A DNA stretch of 64,000 nt from Spirochaetia bacterium. GTDB lineage: Bacteria > Spirochaetota > Spirochaetia > SZUA-6 > Bin103. The position numbers were made by a program, and so were the translations under genes. The stretch is taken from positions 6,816,001-6,880,000 of the forward strand of contig CBDBDQ010000005.1 in NCBI GenBank assembly GCA_965203905.1, written 5' to 3'. The notes under the pieces were generated by a model, which was not told the DNA's origin, searched no databases, and was given only the letters and a program-made list of their open reading frames with translations. Positions within the stretch are counted from its first letter, which is position 1. Every line of letters starts with the position of its first letter. Of this stretch, positions 18,524-28,850 are shown piece by piece.

Positions 18524-20449
18524 CTACCCCACCGGAAGCCAGACCGCCATGGTGTGATTGCCGCGGTTGTGCCAGGCGAAGTAGGGAATCATGCGGATCG
18601 TCACCGGCACGCGCTCGCCGGCGTCGCCCCGGCGGTAGAGCTCGCGTCCCCACGGCCGGCCCCTGACCCGGATAGCCGTACCCTCCAGCACGGTTACCCC
18701 GCCGAGGAGGGCGGCTTCGTAGTGTACGGCCGGCGCGAAGTCGCGCGGCAGGTGAACCTCGTCGAGCGGGGTGCCGGCGTCCAGGTCGACCGCTTCCAGG
18801 CAGTAGACCACCGGCCCGCGCACCACTGCCACCTGGTTACGATCCTGCTCCAGCCGCGGATGGGCGGTGACCAGCTCGGCGCGCAGCGGCAGGGTCAGGC
18901 TCACCCGGTCACCCGCCTGCCACTGCCGGCGGACAGCAGCGTAGGTACCCGGCGCGGCGGCGACCGGCGCACCGGCAACGGTCAATTCGGCACCCTGAGC
19001 CCAGCCCGGCACCCGCAGGTGCAAGGTGAACGGCCGCTCCGGCGCCTCCTGCAGCGTGATGACGATGCTGCCGTCCCAGGGGTAGCCGGTCTCCTGGTTG
19101 AGCACCAGCGCGCCCCCGGCAACGTCCGTCTGCAGGCGGCTGCCGCCGTACAGGTGCACCCACACGGCGTCGTCGGCCAGCCCGTAGGCCCAGCGGTGCA
19201 GCCGGGCGATGGTGCGGGCGACCTGCGGTGGACAGCAGTAGCAGGTGTGGGTGAACCAGCGCTCCGGCGTGTCGTTGCTCATGCCGCGGTGCTCGGTGCC
19301 GTACCAGCGCAGCGGGTTGGTGTAGCAGAACCGGGTGCCGTCCGCGCTCATCCCGGACAGCCCGCTGTTGTAGAGCACCTGCTCCAGCACGTCCCCGTAG
19401 CGGGCGTCGCCGGTGAGCGCCGCCATCCGCCACGCCCACATGCCCTGGCCGATGTTGGCGCAGGTCTCGGTGTAGGCGGTGGCGTTGGGCAGGTCGTGCG
19501 GCAGCCCGAACGCCTCGTGCACCGGATCGTTCCGGATCGACGCGCTGAAGTGATCCGCACCGATCGCCCCGGTCAGGTAGAGCTTGGTGGCTTCCACGTC
19601 ATTCCAGATCCGCTCCAGCGCCTCGCTCAGGGCCGCCTCGCCGGTCTCGGCGTACACGTCCGCGGCGCCCGCCCAGAGATAGGTCGCGGTCACCGCGTGC
19701 CCGACGGCCGCGGTCTCCTCCCGCAGCGGCACCCGGTCCTGGTTCAGGTCGCCGTTGAAGCCGGGGTCGGGCGCCGAACCGCGGTTGTTCACGAATACGC
19801 CCGCCAGCTCCAGGTAGCGGCGCTCGCCGGTGACGCGGTACAGGTCCACCAGGCCGACGATCTGCGACGGGTTGAAGCCGAAGTTGGCCAGCGCGGGCGG
19901 CGTCGGCAGGAACACCCCGCACAGGTAGTCGGCCAGCCTGGCCGCGACCTCCAGGAGGCTGCGCTTGCCGGTCGCCTCGTAGTGCACGGCGGCGGCGGTG
20001 AAGCAGTGCCCGGCGTTGTACAGCTCATGATGGTGTACGTTCTGCCAGCGCTGCCTGACCGGATCGAGGGTGATCTGGGTGTTGAGGTAGCCGTCCTCCT
20101 CCTGCGCGGCGGCGATCCAGGCGATCACTTCGTCCATCTGCCGATCCAGTTCCGGGTCACGGGTTGCGCCGTACACGTGGGCCATCGCTTCCAGCCACTT
20201 GTAGCAGTCGCCGTCGCTCCAGTCGGTGCCCTCGTGCGCACCCTCCTCCAGGCCGGCGGCAATGCGGAAGTAGGCCAGCCGCCCCCTGTTGGACGGATCC
20301 TCCAGCGCCCGGCGCATGCTCGGCAAGATCGTGCCATGGCACAGCGCGAAGCGGTCGGCCCAGAAACCCCCGGTCCATCGGCTCTGCCCGAGCGCCGGCG
20401 CGGTCATCCTGGCGAGTGGGCTCGGATAGTGGTACGCGGAAGCCATCAC
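18524..20449 (-). CDS. Glycoside hydrolase family 127 (beta-L-arabinofuranosidase-like)
   Basis: DGDCYKWLEA, HELYNAGH, GHAV, YTETCA, CYCCPP, RGPVVYCLE, IPYFAWHNRG. Confidence 0.92.
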   Translation of the reverse strand: MMASAYHYPSPLARMTAPALGQSRWTGGFWADRFALCHGTILPSMRRALEDPSNRGRLAYFRIAAGLEEGAHEGTDWSDGDCYKWLEAMAHVYGATRDPELDRQMDEVIAWIAAAQEEDGYLNTQITLDPVRQRWQNVHHHELYNAGHCFTAAAVHYEATGKRSLLEVAARLADYLCGVFLPTPPALANFGFNPSQIVGLVDLYRVTGERRYLELAGVFVNNRGSAPDPGFNGDLNQDRVPLREETAAVGHAVTATYLWAGAADVYAETGEAALSEALERIWNDVEATKLYLTGAIGADHFSASIRNDPVHEAFGLPHDLPNATAYTETCANIGQGMWAWRMAALTGDARYGDVLEQVLYNSGLSGMSADGTRFCYTNPLRWYGTEHRGMSNDTPERWFTHTCYCCPPQVARTIARLHRWAYGLADDAVWVHLYGGSRLQTDVAGGALVLNQETGYPWDGSIVITLQEAPERPFTLHLRVPGWAQGAELTVAGAPVAAAPGTYAAVRRQWQAGDRVSLTLPLRAELVTAHPRLEQDRNQVAVVRGPVVYCLEAVDLDAGTPLDEVHLPRDFAPAVHYEAALLGGVTVLEGTAIRVRGRPWGRELYRRGDAGERVPVTIRMIPYFAWHNRGNHTMAVWLPVG

Positions 20450-20459
20450 GGATGCCCCG

Positions 20460-21479
20460 TCACAGGCGGAAGTGGGTCAGGCACTGTTGCCAGGCGCGGA
20501 TCACCCGGTCTTCGTAGATCTCCTGACCCGGGTCTGTAAACAGGCCATGCCGGTCGTACCACCCCACGTACTGGCGGACGCCCTCCTCCAGGCTCATGCG
20601 CCACGCGAAGTCGGGGAAGTCGCGCTTGAACGCCTCCACCGAGAAGCACATGTTGTAGCGCGTCAGCGACGGCACGAAGCTTCCTCTGACTTCCTCGCTG
20701 TCGATCGCCAGCAGCACCTCCACCGGCACGTGCACCAGCTCCGGCTCTACGCCGAGCACGCCCGCGACGATCTGCAGGTAGCGGTCGAAGGTCAGGGCGC
20801 CGTCGTGGCCGCAGGTGTAGCTCCTGCCGGCCGCGATGTCCCGCCCCTGCACCACCCGCGCGATCATCCGCCCGGTATCGTACGCGCAACTGGCGTGCAG
20901 AATGGTGTTGCCGTCGCCCGGCACCAGCACCGGCATCCCGGCCCGCATGCGCGGCACCTGCTCCTTCATGCCGCCCCAGGCGAACAACGACATCATGCCG
21001 CTCTTGATCCCGAACGAGTAGGTAGGGCGCACGATCGTGGCCGGGCGCCCCGCCCCGGTCAGCAGTCGCGCGACCAGCTCCTCGCAGGCGCGCTTGTTGG
21101 CGCCGTACGGGTTGCGGGTCGGCGCCGGGGGATCGTCTTCGCGCATCGGGATGCGCGACAGCGGGTAGCCGTAGGTGTCCACCGTGCTCACCAGCACGTA
21201 GTGCGCGGAGTCCGGCAGCAGCGGCACCAGTTCCTCCACCCGCTCCGGCTCGAAGCAGACGAAGTCGACCACCGCGTCCGGCCTGAAGTCGTCCAATGCC
21301 GCCTTCAGGTCGGACGGGCGGCTGCGGTCGCCGCGGTAGAACCGCACCGTGTCCGCGAACTTCGGATCGGCGTCCCGGCTGCGCTTGAGGATCGCCAGCG
21401 GATGCCCGCCGGCGATCAGTTCCTCGGCGCAGCCGCCGGAGATGTTCCCCGGTCCGCCGATCAACAAGACCCGGCTCAT
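20460..21479 (-). CDS. NAD-dependent epimerase/dehydratase family protein
   Basis: IGGPGNIS Rossmann motif; YGANK; TIVRP. Confidence 0.85.
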   Translation of the reverse strand: MSRVLLIGGPGNISGGCAEELIAGGHPLAILKRSRDADPKFADTVRFYRGDRSRPSDLKAALDDFRPDAVVDFVCFEPERVEELVPLLPDSAHYVLVSTVDTYGYPLSRIPMREDDPPAPTRNPYGANKRACEELVARLLTGAGRPATIVRPTYSFGIKSGMMSLFAWGGMKEQVPRMRAGMPVLVPGDGNTILHASCAYDTGRMIARVVQGRDIAAGRSYTCGHDGALTFDRYLQIVAGVLGVEPELVHVPVEVLLAIDSEEVRGSFVPSLTRYNMCFSVEAFKRDFPDFAWRMSLEEGVRQYVGWYDRHGLFTDPGQEIYEDRVIRAWQQCLTHFRL

Positions 21480-21500
21480 GCCGGCTCTATCCCGTGCTCC

Positions 21501-23225
21501 CTAATATCCCATTTCCGACTTCAGCGACTGGTCGAGCCACAGGTGCTCCAGGTAGGGACCGACGCTGGTGCCGCCGCTCATCGCCTCGCCGTAGTAGTTC
21601 TTGACCCACGGCCACCAGTAGACGAAGCGGCCGCTGGCGCCGATCGGAATGTAGGCCACGTCGCCCATCACCATCAGCGCCATCTCCTTGAGGACTGCAT
21701 CGCGCTCTGCGGCATCCACCGTCATGCGCGCCTTGTCGGTCAGCGCGGCAAGCTCGGGGTTGTCGTAGTTGGGCGTGTTCCAGGGGTTGGACTCGTCCGT
21801 GGACGCCAGCGACCCGATGATTCCCAGCGGGTTGTTGGACGCCGAGTTGGTGGCGAACAGGTCGTAGCCGGTGCGCGACGACATCAGCGCGGACAGCGCG
21901 GTATGCTCGTGCGACTTCAGCTCCAGGTCCACGCCCACGTCCTCGAAGAACCCGGCCATCATGGTGGCGATGTCGCCATGCGTGCCCGCGGTAGCCGCCG
22001 GCGTGAAGGCGATCTCCAGCGTGAAGCCGTCCGGGTAGCCGGCGTCCACCAGCATCTGCCGCGCCTGGTCCGGGTTGTAGGAGTACAGCTCGGTGATCTC
22101 GTCCGGAAGCTGGCTGAAGTCACCCAGGATGCTGGAACCGTCGCGCCAGTCGACCGGGTAGTTGTACAGCGCGCCATACCCCCACACCGCGTCGATGATC
22201 GCCTCCTGGTCGACTGCCATCATCAGTGCCCGCCGCACCTGCCGGTTGGAGAGGTACTCGTTGTCGTGGTTCAGCGCCACCACCACCGGCCAGATCTCCA
22301 CCCAGCCCTGGCTCTGCAGGTCGGGCGAGGTGTCGGCCAGGCTCTCCCGGTACTTGACGCTCACGGTACCCATGAGGTCGAGCTTGCCGGTTCGCAGCGA
22401 CGCGATCTGCGTGGTCTCGTCCGGCAGGTTGGGCATGATCATCTCGTCGATGAACGGCAGCGCATACTCGGTGCCGTCGATGGTCGTGGTGCGCCAGTAC
22501 TGCGGGTTGCGGGCGAAGGAGATGTGCGAGCCCACCACCGCCTCCTGCACCAGGAACGGCCCGGTTCCGACCAGGTTGTCCCAGTTGCCGGGATCGGCCT
22601 CGACCACCTCGCGCGGGTAATGCACGGATCCGGAGTGCTGCGCGATGTTGGCGAAGCCGCCCGGGTTGAAACTGCTGGTCTCGACGATGCAGGCGTTGCC
22701 TTCCGCGTGGATCGAGTCGATGAACCCGCCGTTCTCCGTGCGCCAGCCGGCGTTGCCGCGGTCGGCGACCCGGTTCAGCGCGTACGCGCAGTCCTCGGCG
22801 GTGTAGGGGCGCGACTGCATGACGTGTTCCTTGCCGTCCGCGGCCCACATGATTCCGTCGCGTATGGTGAACACCATGCGGTCGGCGGTGACTTCCCAAC
22901 TCTCCGCGAGCGCTCCCCGCGAGTAAGCCGGCGAGATATTGTCGCTGGTGAAGTTGGTGAACTCGCCGCTGCCGCGCGGACCGTACTGCACGAAGTCAGC
23001 CTCCACCAGGCGCTGCATCACCGGGCTGATGTACATGCGCGTTACCCACTGGTTGAGGTTGGTATCCGCGCTCGGCACGTCCTGACCCCAGAAGTAGAGG
23101 GCCGCCGTGCCGCCGTACATGGAGTCCTCGGCAGCGGCGCCCTCCTCGCCCGCCGGCGCGCCCCACGCGGGCAGGCCGATCAATACCAGGGCCCCGGTCA
23201 ACAGGGCCAACCATCTCTTCTGCAT
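21501..23225 (-). CDS. ABC transporter substrate-binding protein, family 5 (Dpp/Opp)
   Basis: Signal MQKRWLALL..PAWG; LAESWE, GTGPF, RNPQYW, AGYPDGF; SD GGAGGA. Confidence 0.9.
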   Translation of the reverse strand: MQKRWLALLTGALVLIGLPAWGAPAGEEGAAAEDSMYGGTAALYFWGQDVPSADTNLNQWVTRMYISPVMQRLVEADFVQYGPRGSGEFTNFTSDNISPAYSRGALAESWEVTADRMVFTIRDGIMWAADGKEHVMQSRPYTAEDCAYALNRVADRGNAGWRTENGGFIDSIHAEGNACIVETSSFNPGGFANIAQHSGSVHYPREVVEADPGNWDNLVGTGPFLVQEAVVGSHISFARNPQYWRTTTIDGTEYALPFIDEMIMPNLPDETTQIASLRTGKLDLMGTVSVKYRESLADTSPDLQSQGWVEIWPVVVALNHDNEYLSNRQVRRALMMAVDQEAIIDAVWGYGALYNYPVDWRDGSSILGDFSQLPDEITELYSYNPDQARQMLVDAGYPDGFTLEIAFTPAATAGTHGDIATMMAGFFEDVGVDLELKSHEHTALSALMSSRTGYDLFATNSASNNPLGIIGSLASTDESNPWNTPNYDNPELAALTDKARMTVDAAERDAVLKEMALMVMGDVAYIPIGASGRFVYWWPWVKNYYGEAMSGGTSVGPYLEHLWLDQSLKSEMGY

Positions 23226-23296
23226 CGCTCTTCCTCCTGTTGGTAGCGTTGCGTCTGTTTCGCGACTGTTACCAGTCGCCGCTTCTGCTGTCGTCA

Positions 23297-24223
23297 CTAG
23301 TCCTTGCGCAGCAGGCGCCGCTTGTGCCGGACACCGTAGCGCCCGGCACCGCCGCGCATGCGCGGGTCCAGGATATCACGCAATGCGTCGCCGAACATGT
23401 GCGTCCCGTACACGACCACGCTCAGGGCGAGGCCCGGCCACAGCACCATCCACGGAGCCAGGAACATGTAGCTGCGGTTGGCTCCGCTCAGCATCGCGCC
23501 CCAGCTCGGCGCGGGCGGCGGAATGCCGTAACCGAGGAAGCTCAGCGACGCCTCGGTGAGGATCACCCCCGGCAGCAGCACCGAGAACCCCACGATGATG
23601 AGCGGTGCGATGTTGGGCAGGATGTGGCGCAGCAGGATGCGGCTGGTGGGAGCGCCGATCGCGGCCGCCGCCTGCACGTAGGCGTTGCCGACCACGCTGA
23701 TGGTGAAGCCGCGCGAATGCCGCGAGCCGCTGATGCCGCCGCCCACCCCCATGACGATGATCAGCGGCAGCATCCCCTGCCCGACCATCGACATGATCAC
23801 CGCCACGACGATGATCAGCGGCAGCGACATCACCGCGTCGACGAAGCGCTGCACGATCAGGTCGAACTTGCCGCCGATGTAGCCGCTGAGCATGCCGATG
23901 CCCACCGAAATCACCGTGGCGACGGCACTGCTCGCAAGGCCCACGATCATCGACACCCGTGCCCCGTAGATCACCCGGCTCAACAGGTCGCGGCCCAGGT
24001 TGTCGGTGCCCAGCAGGAAGCGGGCCGACGGCGGTGCCAGCCGGTCGTCCGTGTGCATGTCGTTCATGCCGTACGGCGCCAGGAAGTCGGCGAAGATGCC
24101 GGTAAACAGCAGCACCAGGGTAATAAGCAGCCCCACCGCACCCAGCGGTTTTTCCTTGAACAGGCGCAGCAGGAATCCGGTCAGCCGGGAGCGCCGCGGG
24201 GAGTGACCGTGCAGACCCATCAC
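23297..24223 (-). CDS. ABC transporter permease (DppC/OppC-like)
   Basis: LLGTDNLGRD, RHILPN, EASLSFLG, GDALRDILDPR. Confidence 0.92.
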   Translation of the reverse strand: MMGLHGHSPRRSRLTGFLLRLFKEKPLGAVGLLITLVLLFTGIFADFLAPYGMNDMHTDDRLAPPSARFLLGTDNLGRDLLSRVIYGARVSMIVGLASSAVATVISVGIGMLSGYIGGKFDLIVQRFVDAVMSLPLIIVVAVIMSMVGQGMLPLIIVMGVGGGISGSRHSRGFTISVVGNAYVQAAAAIGAPTSRILLRHILPNIAPLIIVGFSVLLPGVILTEASLSFLGYGIPPPAPSWGAMLSGANRSYMFLAPWMVLWPGLALSVVVYGTHMFGDALRDILDPRMRGGAGRYGVRHKRRLLRKD

Positions 24224-25224
24224 CTCCGCTCGTGCCGGATCCGGGGATCCAGGTAGCCGTAGCTCAGGTCGATCAGGAGGTTCACCAGCACGATCGCCAC
24301 CGAGAAGATCAGCAGCACCCCGCTCACCACCGTGTAGTCGCGGGCCTGAATCGCCTGCAGCGTGAGGCGCCCCATGCCGGGCAGGTTGAAGATCTGCTCC
24401 ACGATCACCGAGCCGCCCACCATCAGCAGAAGCTGCGGGCCGATCGACGTGACCACGGGAATCATCGCGTTCTTGAGCGCGTGCCGGATCAGGATCACCC
24501 GCTCCCGCAGCCCCTTCGCCCAGGAGGTCCTGATGTAGTCCTGGCGCAGCACCTCCAGCATCATGGTGCGCGCGATCCGCATGGTCCCGCCCGCCATCCC
24601 CATGCCGAGCACCAGCGCGGGAATGAGCAGTATCTTCAGGTTTTCAATGGGATCCTCGAGGAGCCCGACGTATCGGAACGGCGGTGAGTAGCCCCACCAG
24701 ATCGAGGGGTAGACGATCACCAGCGTGGCCACCCAGAAGCCCGGCACGGCGACCCAGAAGATGGCGAAGCTGCGCCCGGCGTAGTCGCCCAGCGAGTCCT
24801 GCCGCACGGCCGAGTAGATGCCGATCGGCAGGGCGATGATCTGGCTGAAGATGAACCCGAGCAGCCCGAGTTCGACCGTGACCGGCCAGCGCGCGGCGAT
24901 CTCCTCCAGCACCGGCGTGCGCCGCCACAGCGAGGCGCCGAGGTCGCCGCGCAGCACGATGCCACCCAGCCAGCTCGCGTATTGCTCGAACAGCGGTCGT
25001 TCCAGCCCCAGCGCGCGCTCGATCTCAGCGCGTGCGGCGTTGATGTCGATCTCGTCCGGGTTCATCCCCATGTACTGGCCGACCATCGCATCGACGATGG
25101 TGCCCGGCGTGAGCCGCTGCAGCATGAACACGAGGACGCTGGCCACCAGGATGGTGACCAGCGACAGCGCCAGCCTCCTGATGACGTACCCCTTGAATGT
25201 GCTGCCCCCGGATTGCTGCTCCAC
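24220..25224 (-). CDS. ABC transporter permease (DppB/OppB-like)
   Basis: GDLGASL, RQDYIRTSWAKGL, HALKNA, YLDPRIR. Confidence 0.92.
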   Translation of the reverse strand: MEQQSGGSTFKGYVIRRLALSLVTILVASVLVFMLQRLTPGTIVDAMVGQYMGMNPDEIDINAARAEIERALGLERPLFEQYASWLGGIVLRGDLGASLWRRTPVLEEIAARWPVTVELGLLGFIFSQIIALPIGIYSAVRQDSLGDYAGRSFAIFWVAVPGFWVATLVIVYPSIWWGYSPPFRYVGLLEDPIENLKILLIPALVLGMGMAGGTMRIARTMMLEVLRQDYIRTSWAKGLRERVILIRHALKNAMIPVVTSIGPQLLLMVGGSVIVEQIFNLPGMGRLTLQAIQARDYTVVSGVLLIFSVAIVLVNLLIDLSYGYLDPRIRHERR

Positions 25225-25338
25225 CGCGCTGGTTCGATGCGGATGGTGAGTCGACCATCGACCCGTGTCAACCGCGCAGGGCTCCCTCCCGTGGGCCGGC
25301 TTGGCCCTGGCCCGGTGTTGGCCCGATGTGCGGGTGGA

Positions 25339-25367
25339 TTGAGACCGACCTGTGGACGCGGTAAGGT
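25339..25367 (+). promoter_or_regulatory. Sigma70-like promoter, probably giving a leaderless transcript
   Basis: TTGAGA (25339-44)-17 nt-TAAGGT (25362-67), 6 nt before ATG 25374; no SD. Confidence 0.55.
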
Positions 25368-25373
25368 GCCGTG

Positions 25374-26921
25374 ATGGCCAGACGCAGGCTGCCGCTCGGC
25401 ATCCAGACCTTCCGCAAGCTGCGCGAACTGGACTGCTACTATGTGGACAAGACGGCCTACATCGAGCGGCTGATGAACGAGGGCACGCACTACTTCCTGT
25501 CGCGTCCTCGGCGGTTCGGAAAGAGCCTGTTCCTGGACACGCTCAAGGAGCTGTTCGAGGGCAGCGAGGAGCTGTTCGCGGGGTTGTACATCCATGAGCG
25601 CTGGACCTGGTCGGCTCGGCATCCGGTGGTGCGGCTGAGCTTCGGCGGCCGCCACTTTGTTGCGCCGGGCGACCTGGACGCCAACCTGGCGGCGCAGTTG
25701 GATGACATTGAAGTGCAGGCGGGCGTGAGTCCCCGCTACCAGACTGCGCCGGAGCGGTTCGGTCACCTGATCCGGACCCTGCACCGCCAAACCGGGCAGC
25801 GGGTGGTGGTGCTGGTCGACGAGTACGACAAGCCGATCCTGGACGCGCTGGAGAATCAGGAATTGGCCTGCGTCAACCGCGACTTCCTGCGCGGCCTGTA
25901 CGGGGTGATCAAGGACAGCGACGCGCATGTGCGGTTCGCGTTCCTGACCGGCATCAGCAAGTTCTCCAAGGTCAATCTCTTTTCTCAATTGAACAACCTG
26001 ACCGACATCACGCTGGATCGTCGCTACTCGTCGATCTGCGGCTACACGGAACGTGACCTGGACACGGTGTTCGGTCCGGAACTGGCCGGACTGGACCGGG
26101 ACCAGGTGCGGGAGTGGTACAACGGCTATCGCTGGCGCGGCGACGAGAGGGTGTACAACCCCTACGACGTGCTGCTGCTGCTCGACAGCCGCGAATTCGC
26201 GGCCCATTGGTTCGAGACCGGGACGCCGGCGTTCCTGGTCAAAAAGCTGTTCGAGCGCCGGGTGTCGTCGGTGTCACTCGACGAGATGGTGAGCACGGAG
26301 AGACTGCTGTCGGCGTTCGACGTGGAGCACGTCGGCACGGAGGCGCTGTTGTTCCAGACCGGCTATCTGACGATCACCGGAGAGGAACGGCTGGGAGGCA
26401 AGACGCTGTATCGGCTCGGCTATCCGAACCGGGAGGTGCGCGAGAGCCTGAACGAACAACTGCTGCTTCACCTGGTGCAGAATACCGACCGGCAAACGGC
26501 GAACAGCATGCGACTGGCGCGGCTGCTGGAGGCGCACGACTGCGCGGGGCTGAAGGCGCTGTTCCAAGCGTTCTACGCGAGCATCCCCTATCAATGGTAC
26601 ACCAACAACGACATCGCCGAGTACGAGGGCTTCTATGCCAGCGTCTTCTACTCCTACTTCGCGGCGTTGGGATACGAGATAGCGGTGGAAGAGTCGAGCA
26701 GCCACGGGCGGCTGGACATGGCGGTGCGAGCGCACGGCCACGTTTACCTGTTCGAGTTCAAGGTGACGGAGATGGCGCCCCCGGGATCGGCGTTGGCCCA
26801 GTTGCAGCAGCGCGACTACGCGGCGAAGTACCGGGGCCAGGGCGAACCGATCCACCTGGTCGGGGTCGAGTTCAGCCGCGCCACGCGCAACATCACCGCG
26901 TTCGAAACAGCCGACGCCTGA
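25374..26921 (+). CDS. AAA-ATPase-like protein with C-terminal PD-(D/E)XK nuclease (PDDEXK_9/DUF1703)
   Basis: LPLGIQTF, YVDKT, RPRRFGKS, LVDEYDKP, GRLDM...FEFK, AL.Q...RDY. Confidence 0.92.
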   Translation: MARRRLPLGIQTFRKLRELDCYYVDKTAYIERLMNEGTHYFLSRPRRFGKSLFLDTLKELFEGSEELFAGLYIHERWTWSARHPVVRLSFGGRHFVAPGDLDANLAAQLDDIEVQAGVSPRYQTAPERFGHLIRTLHRQTGQRVVVLVDEYDKPILDALENQELACVNRDFLRGLYGVIKDSDAHVRFAFLTGISKFSKVNLFSQLNNLTDITLDRRYSSICGYTERDLDTVFGPELAGLDRDQVREWYNGYRWRGDERVYNPYDVLLLLDSREFAAHWFETGTPAFLVKKLFERRVSSVSLDEMVSTERLLSAFDVEHVGTEALLFQTGYLTITGEERLGGKTLYRLGYPNREVRESLNEQLLLHLVQNTDRQTANSMRLARLLEAHDCAGLKALFQAFYASIPYQWYTNNDIAEYEGFYASVFYSYFAALGYEIAVEESSSHGRLDMAVRAHGHVYLFEFKVTEMAPPGSALAQLQQRDYAAKYRGQGEPIHLVGVEFSRATRNITAFETADA

Positions 26922-27011
26922 CCTCCGCCCCGACGCGCGATATTACGGCGCGCACATCAATGCCTGCAGGAGGGCGACCGGCCCCGTGGCCAATCGTGAG
27001 GTCGCGGGCAA

Positions 27012-28031
27012 CTATCCCAGCGAGGTCACCATCACCCAGAACGGCTGCTTGCCGACCGCGTAGTCCGCGAGCGGGTGTAGCTCACCGGTTGCCGCATCCA
27101 CGCGATACGCAATCATCGTATCGGCAGCCTCCCCGGCGCAGTACAGGTACGCCCCCGATGGATCGATGTTGAACGACCGGGGACTCGCCGGGACCGGAAA
27201 GTGCCCGAACGGGCTGAGCCCCCCATCGGCAGCGATCGTGAATCCCACGATGCTGTCGTGGCCACGATTGGACGCATACGCCCAGCGGCCGTTCGGATGC
27301 ACCTCCACGTGGGCGGTAGCCCCGCCTTGTGCATAGTCCGGCGGCAGGGTCGAGACATTCTGGAAGATCTCGAGCGTGCCCCGCTCAGCGTCGAAGCGGT
27401 GGGCGGTCACCGTGTTGCCCTGTTCGTTGACGATGTACGCCACATCCCCCTGGGGTCGGAAACAGATATGCCGGGGACCGGTCTCGGCGTCGGGCGGCGA
27501 CAGCTCGCCGGGATCATTCGGCGTCAGCAGGCCGGACTCGCCCGCGAAGCGAAACTGGCAGGTCTTGTTGGTCGGACAGACGTGCGGCACGAAGGCGAAG
27601 CGATCGTCGGCTGCCAGGAGAATGGAGTGGGCCTTCTCGCCCGTGTCGACGTACTGCACGAGTTCGCCGATGGCGCCGTCTTCGCGCAGCCGATGCACCG
27701 TAACGCCGCCTCCCCCGTAGTACGCGGTGAGCAGAAAGCGACCGGCCCGGTCGGTGATCAAGTGCGCCGGGGTACCGATCTCCGTGTCCACCGTGTTGAT
27801 GAGCGTGAGTTCGCCGGAGGCCGCATCGAAACGAAGACTGGCCAACGTGGTCGACTCGACGTGGGCCGTCAGGAGCACGGTCCCGGAAGGGTGGAGGAAC
27901 AGGGCGCCCGATGGCCCATGGGCCTCGCCGGTCGAGCGAAGCTGTAGTGCTCCGGAAGCGCGGTCCAGGTCGTAGAGCCTGATCTGCTCGTCACCGGTGA
28001 GCGATACCAGAACGATGCTGTGTGCTGCCAT
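27012..28031 (-). CDS. Lactonase family protein (6-phosphogluconolactonase-like beta-propeller)
   Basis: AHSI, GPRHI.F, YASNRGHDSI, PRSFNID. Confidence 0.88.
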   Translation of the reverse strand: MAAHSIVLVSLTGDEQIRLYDLDRASGALQLRSTGEAHGPSGALFLHPSGTVLLTAHVESTTLASLRFDAASGELTLINTVDTEIGTPAHLITDRAGRFLLTAYYGGGGVTVHRLREDGAIGELVQYVDTGEKAHSILLAADDRFAFVPHVCPTNKTCQFRFAGESGLLTPNDPGELSPPDAETGPRHICFRPQGDVAYIVNEQGNTVTAHRFDAERGTLEIFQNVSTLPPDYAQGGATAHVEVHPNGRWAYASNRGHDSIVGFTIAADGGLSPFGHFPVPASPRSFNIDPSGAYLYCAGEAADTMIAYRVDAATGELHPLADYAVGKQPFWVMVTSLG

Positions 28032-28104
28032 ACGGTACAGGATACCAGTTTGTCGTACCCGCTGCCCGGCACGCGCGGCGTGGGTGTCACCGTGCTACGC
28101 GCCT

Positions 28105-28542
28105 TTAGTGCCGACGACCGCCACCCTCGGTGAAGAGGTGCACCGTGAGCCCCGTGACGCGGTCGAAGTGGCGCGCATCCCCGGTGACGATCGCGTCGCC
28201 TCGGGACAGCGCGGTTGCGGCGATGAGCAGGTCCGAGGTCGGGATCCTCTGTCCCTCCGCCGTCAGTCGCGCATCGATCCGCCCGACCACGCGCGCCGTG
28301 GCGAGGGTCACGGGGAGCACCGGAATCGCCGCCAGCAGCGCCTCCACGAACTCCTCTCGTCTTGCTCGCCGCGACGGGTGGTCGGCGCGCCAGTATCCGT
28401 GAAACAACTCCGCTGCGCTTATCACCGAAACCCACAGTTCGACGTCTCCCCAGCGCTCCATGATCTCGCTGACAAGCTGCTCCGGCGTGCGACGGTTGCG
28501 TTCGGCGTGGATACACGCCGTGGAGTCGATCAGGAGTCCCAA
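28105..28542 (-). CDS. vapC: PIN-domain toxin VapC (copy 1, intact)
   Basis: LLIDST, SAAEL..G, DLLIAATAL, VTGDARHF. Confidence 0.9.
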   Translation of the reverse strand: MGLLIDSTACIHAERNRRTPEQLVSEIMERWGDVELWVSVISAAELFHGYWRADHPSRRARREEFVEALLAAIPVLPVTLATARVVGRIDARLTAEGQRIPTSDLLIAATALSRGDAIVTGDARHFDRVTGLTVHLFTEGGGRRH

Positions 28543-28817
28543 ACGGAAGGCTCCGCCACCGGCTCGCCGGCCAGAATGTCTCGCAGATCGCTGCCGAATC
28601 GATCATCGAGCACGACTGGAGAGCGCTTGCGAAGATATGCGATGCACTCCGAGGCGCGGCGTGGGACAACCGGAGGAGGTGCCATGACGCATACGTCGTT
28701 ACCCCGGCGATGGACGAGAACACGACCACCCTCCGACTCGATCCGGTCGAGGAGCTTCGAGAACGAGCGGCTCGCCTCGGTTGCAGATATCCGTCGATAA
28801 TCTGATTTACTCGCCAT
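28530..28817 (-). CDS. Phd/YefM-like antitoxin (copy 1)
   Basis: RISATEASRSFSKLLDRIE...V.RRG; overlaps the vapC start. Confidence 0.85.
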   Translation of the reverse strand: MASKSDYRRISATEASRSFSKLLDRIESEGGRVLVHRRGNDVCVMAPPPVVPRRASECIAYLRKRSPVVLDDRFGSDLRDILAGEPVAEPSVWDS

Positions 28818-28850
28818 AGATCTGATCTTATCGCGTCTCCATAGCTGGCG

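Noticed and set aside
20472-23246. 924-aa plus-strand ORF (likewise 18482-20539, 2674-4410, 33201-34673)
   Set aside because: Antisense shadows of well-supported genes in high-GC DNA; no recognisable motifs.
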